In this document: positions 62,557 through 64,000 of the stretch, piece by piece | Layout: each line of letters opens with the position of its first letter | How positions within the stretch are numbered: position 1 is the stretch's first letter | Assembly: GCA_000934665.2 (NCBI GenBank) | Contig: KZ538416.1 | Location: 1-64,000, forward strand | Length of the DNA stretch: 64,000 nucleotides | Reading direction: 5' to 3' | Source: Catajapyx aquilonaris | Taxonomy: Eukaryota | The notes under the pieces: generated by a model | Told to the model about the DNA's origin: nothing | Database searches by the model: none | What the model saw: only the letters and a program-made list of their open reading frames with translations | Made by a program: the position numbers and the translations under genes

Positions 62557-62966
62557 ATACTGCTCCCAATGCCATGCTTTGCGTCACAACAATCGGCGAG
62601 GTGGTGATCACATGGTGCATTCTTACCTGAAGCCTCCATGGGATGCTGATGCCGAGACCCAGATCTACATGGTGGAAGCTGTGGTCAGCTTGTTGAAGGC
62701 AACAGAGATAACCCGAGGGCCTAAGGGAACTGCATTTGGGGCAGGTTTTGGATTGGGGACCACCACTGGGATGGAAGCAGGAGCCGCCATGGCAGAAGAT
62801 GCCGGGCAAAGCATTTCAGCAGAAGACAGACGATTACTGGGGAGATATGGCATATGGCTTTTGGTTGGTCTCTGCACTCCAACTGAGAAGACACCTACCG
62901 AGACTCTTGGGAGGCTACTCTCGATGCTGTTTCAGTGGTTTAATGCCACTGCATATCAAGCTAATG
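62557..62966 (+). CDS. unc-79: unc-79 coding exon 5 (gene continues beyond the window)
   Basis: YCSQCHALRHNNRRGGDH...YMVEAVVSLLK...RRLLGRYGIWLLVGLCTP...LGRLLSMLFQWFNATAY. Confidence 0.92.
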
Positions 62967-64000
62967 GTAGGTACATGTGGAGTTGGTGTTGATAAAGAGC
63001 CAATAGTGATAGCTATTGTTTTTGCATAAGACAAATGAGGCGCTCAGAGGAAAAACGGCATATCCCAACAGACCTCAGATTTTGAGATTGTAGTGCTTTT
63101 GTACACTCCTGCCATCTACCTTTCATGTGCTGAAGTCCCAAATGAATTGGGATATGCCAAAGCTCACATATTACACTTGTAAAATTGGTCCGCAATGGAA
63201 AATCCTATTATCTTGTAACACAAAAAGCCTTTTATCTCAAAATAAACTCTGGTTGGGATATCCCGTTTTTTCTCTGAGCGCCTCAAATATGTTGCCAACT
63301 CAGGATGTAATAATGTGGTTTCATAGGCTGTGAATAATGTCTTGCCAAGACAATTTTGCAGCAGATGTCACCAAATGATAAAGGTTGCTGGGGGTGTATG
63401 CTTGAGCATTATGAACAGTACTCAGACTCTGTGTTAATGTTTACCAACATTAGGTTTGGATCTGGATCCTAAGGCTGCACAATCTTCTCGCACATCACTT
63501 AACGTTCTTCTCTTTTGAAATGAAAATAATATTTTTTGCAGTTAATTATTCTGACTCCTTTATTTCATTTATAATAATTGCTTACCTTCTGATAGGCCTG
63601 TGATTTCTTAGGGGATCTTTTTGAGACATAAAATATGGCTCTGAAGTTACATGACATATCAATGATACTCAGTGGCGTATTATTGTTTTGCTGCAACAAA
63701 GATGGGTGATGTGGTGGGAAGAGCAACAGTATGATGTTATAGCCAGCGGTTCTCCAAGAATGCACGTCTGGCACCTCCCACTTTTCAAATTTCTATGAAC
63801 GACTCCTGGTTGCCAGATGGAATAAGTGATGTTTTTGAAAGACTGTTGTTACTTTATAAAACAATTGTATACAAAAATTTATCATATCTTAATATCAATT
63901 TACATATGAAAAGCACAAGCACATGAATAATATTTTCTTTGCCAGTGTAATGTTTTTAATGAGATAATGTTCGCTTCACTGGGGAGGCGGAGTGGTGCTG

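Overview
Animal genomic DNA, most likely arthropod (the UNC79 N-terminus MGTRAAAF matches the insect/arthropod form). It carries three spliced protein-coding genes in a very dense field of transposons. (1) A three-exon F-box/LRR (FBXL-type) gene on + (21615-31261, about 482 aa), bracketed by two copies of a ~1.35-kb segment. (2) L2HGDH on - (five exons, 40612-~53953; the first, mitochondrial-targeting exon was not located). (3) The first five coding exons of unc-79 on + (58842-62966), head-to-head with L2HGDH. Nucleotides 1-17700 contain no coding sequence I can support. The most striking object is a young 2.67-kb LTR element (37019-39689, - strand) inserted into a ~100-bp satellite. It has LTRs differing by one visible indel, a 4-bp TSD and a tRNA-Leu PBS, but no gag, RT or IN. 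Its only credible ORF is a retropepsin-fold protein with its own ATG and a TATA-like box, in which the catalytic DTG reads CTG. Also present: a 5'-truncated RTE-X-like LINE with an intact RT ORF and a 16-bp TSD, nested hAT MITEs, piggyBac-, Tc1/mariner- and Tigger-like MITEs, at least three tRNA-derived SINE families, Helitron and mariner fragments, and a 609-nt poly-T that is probably an assembly artefact. All calls come from reading the sequence by eye; no database searches were run.
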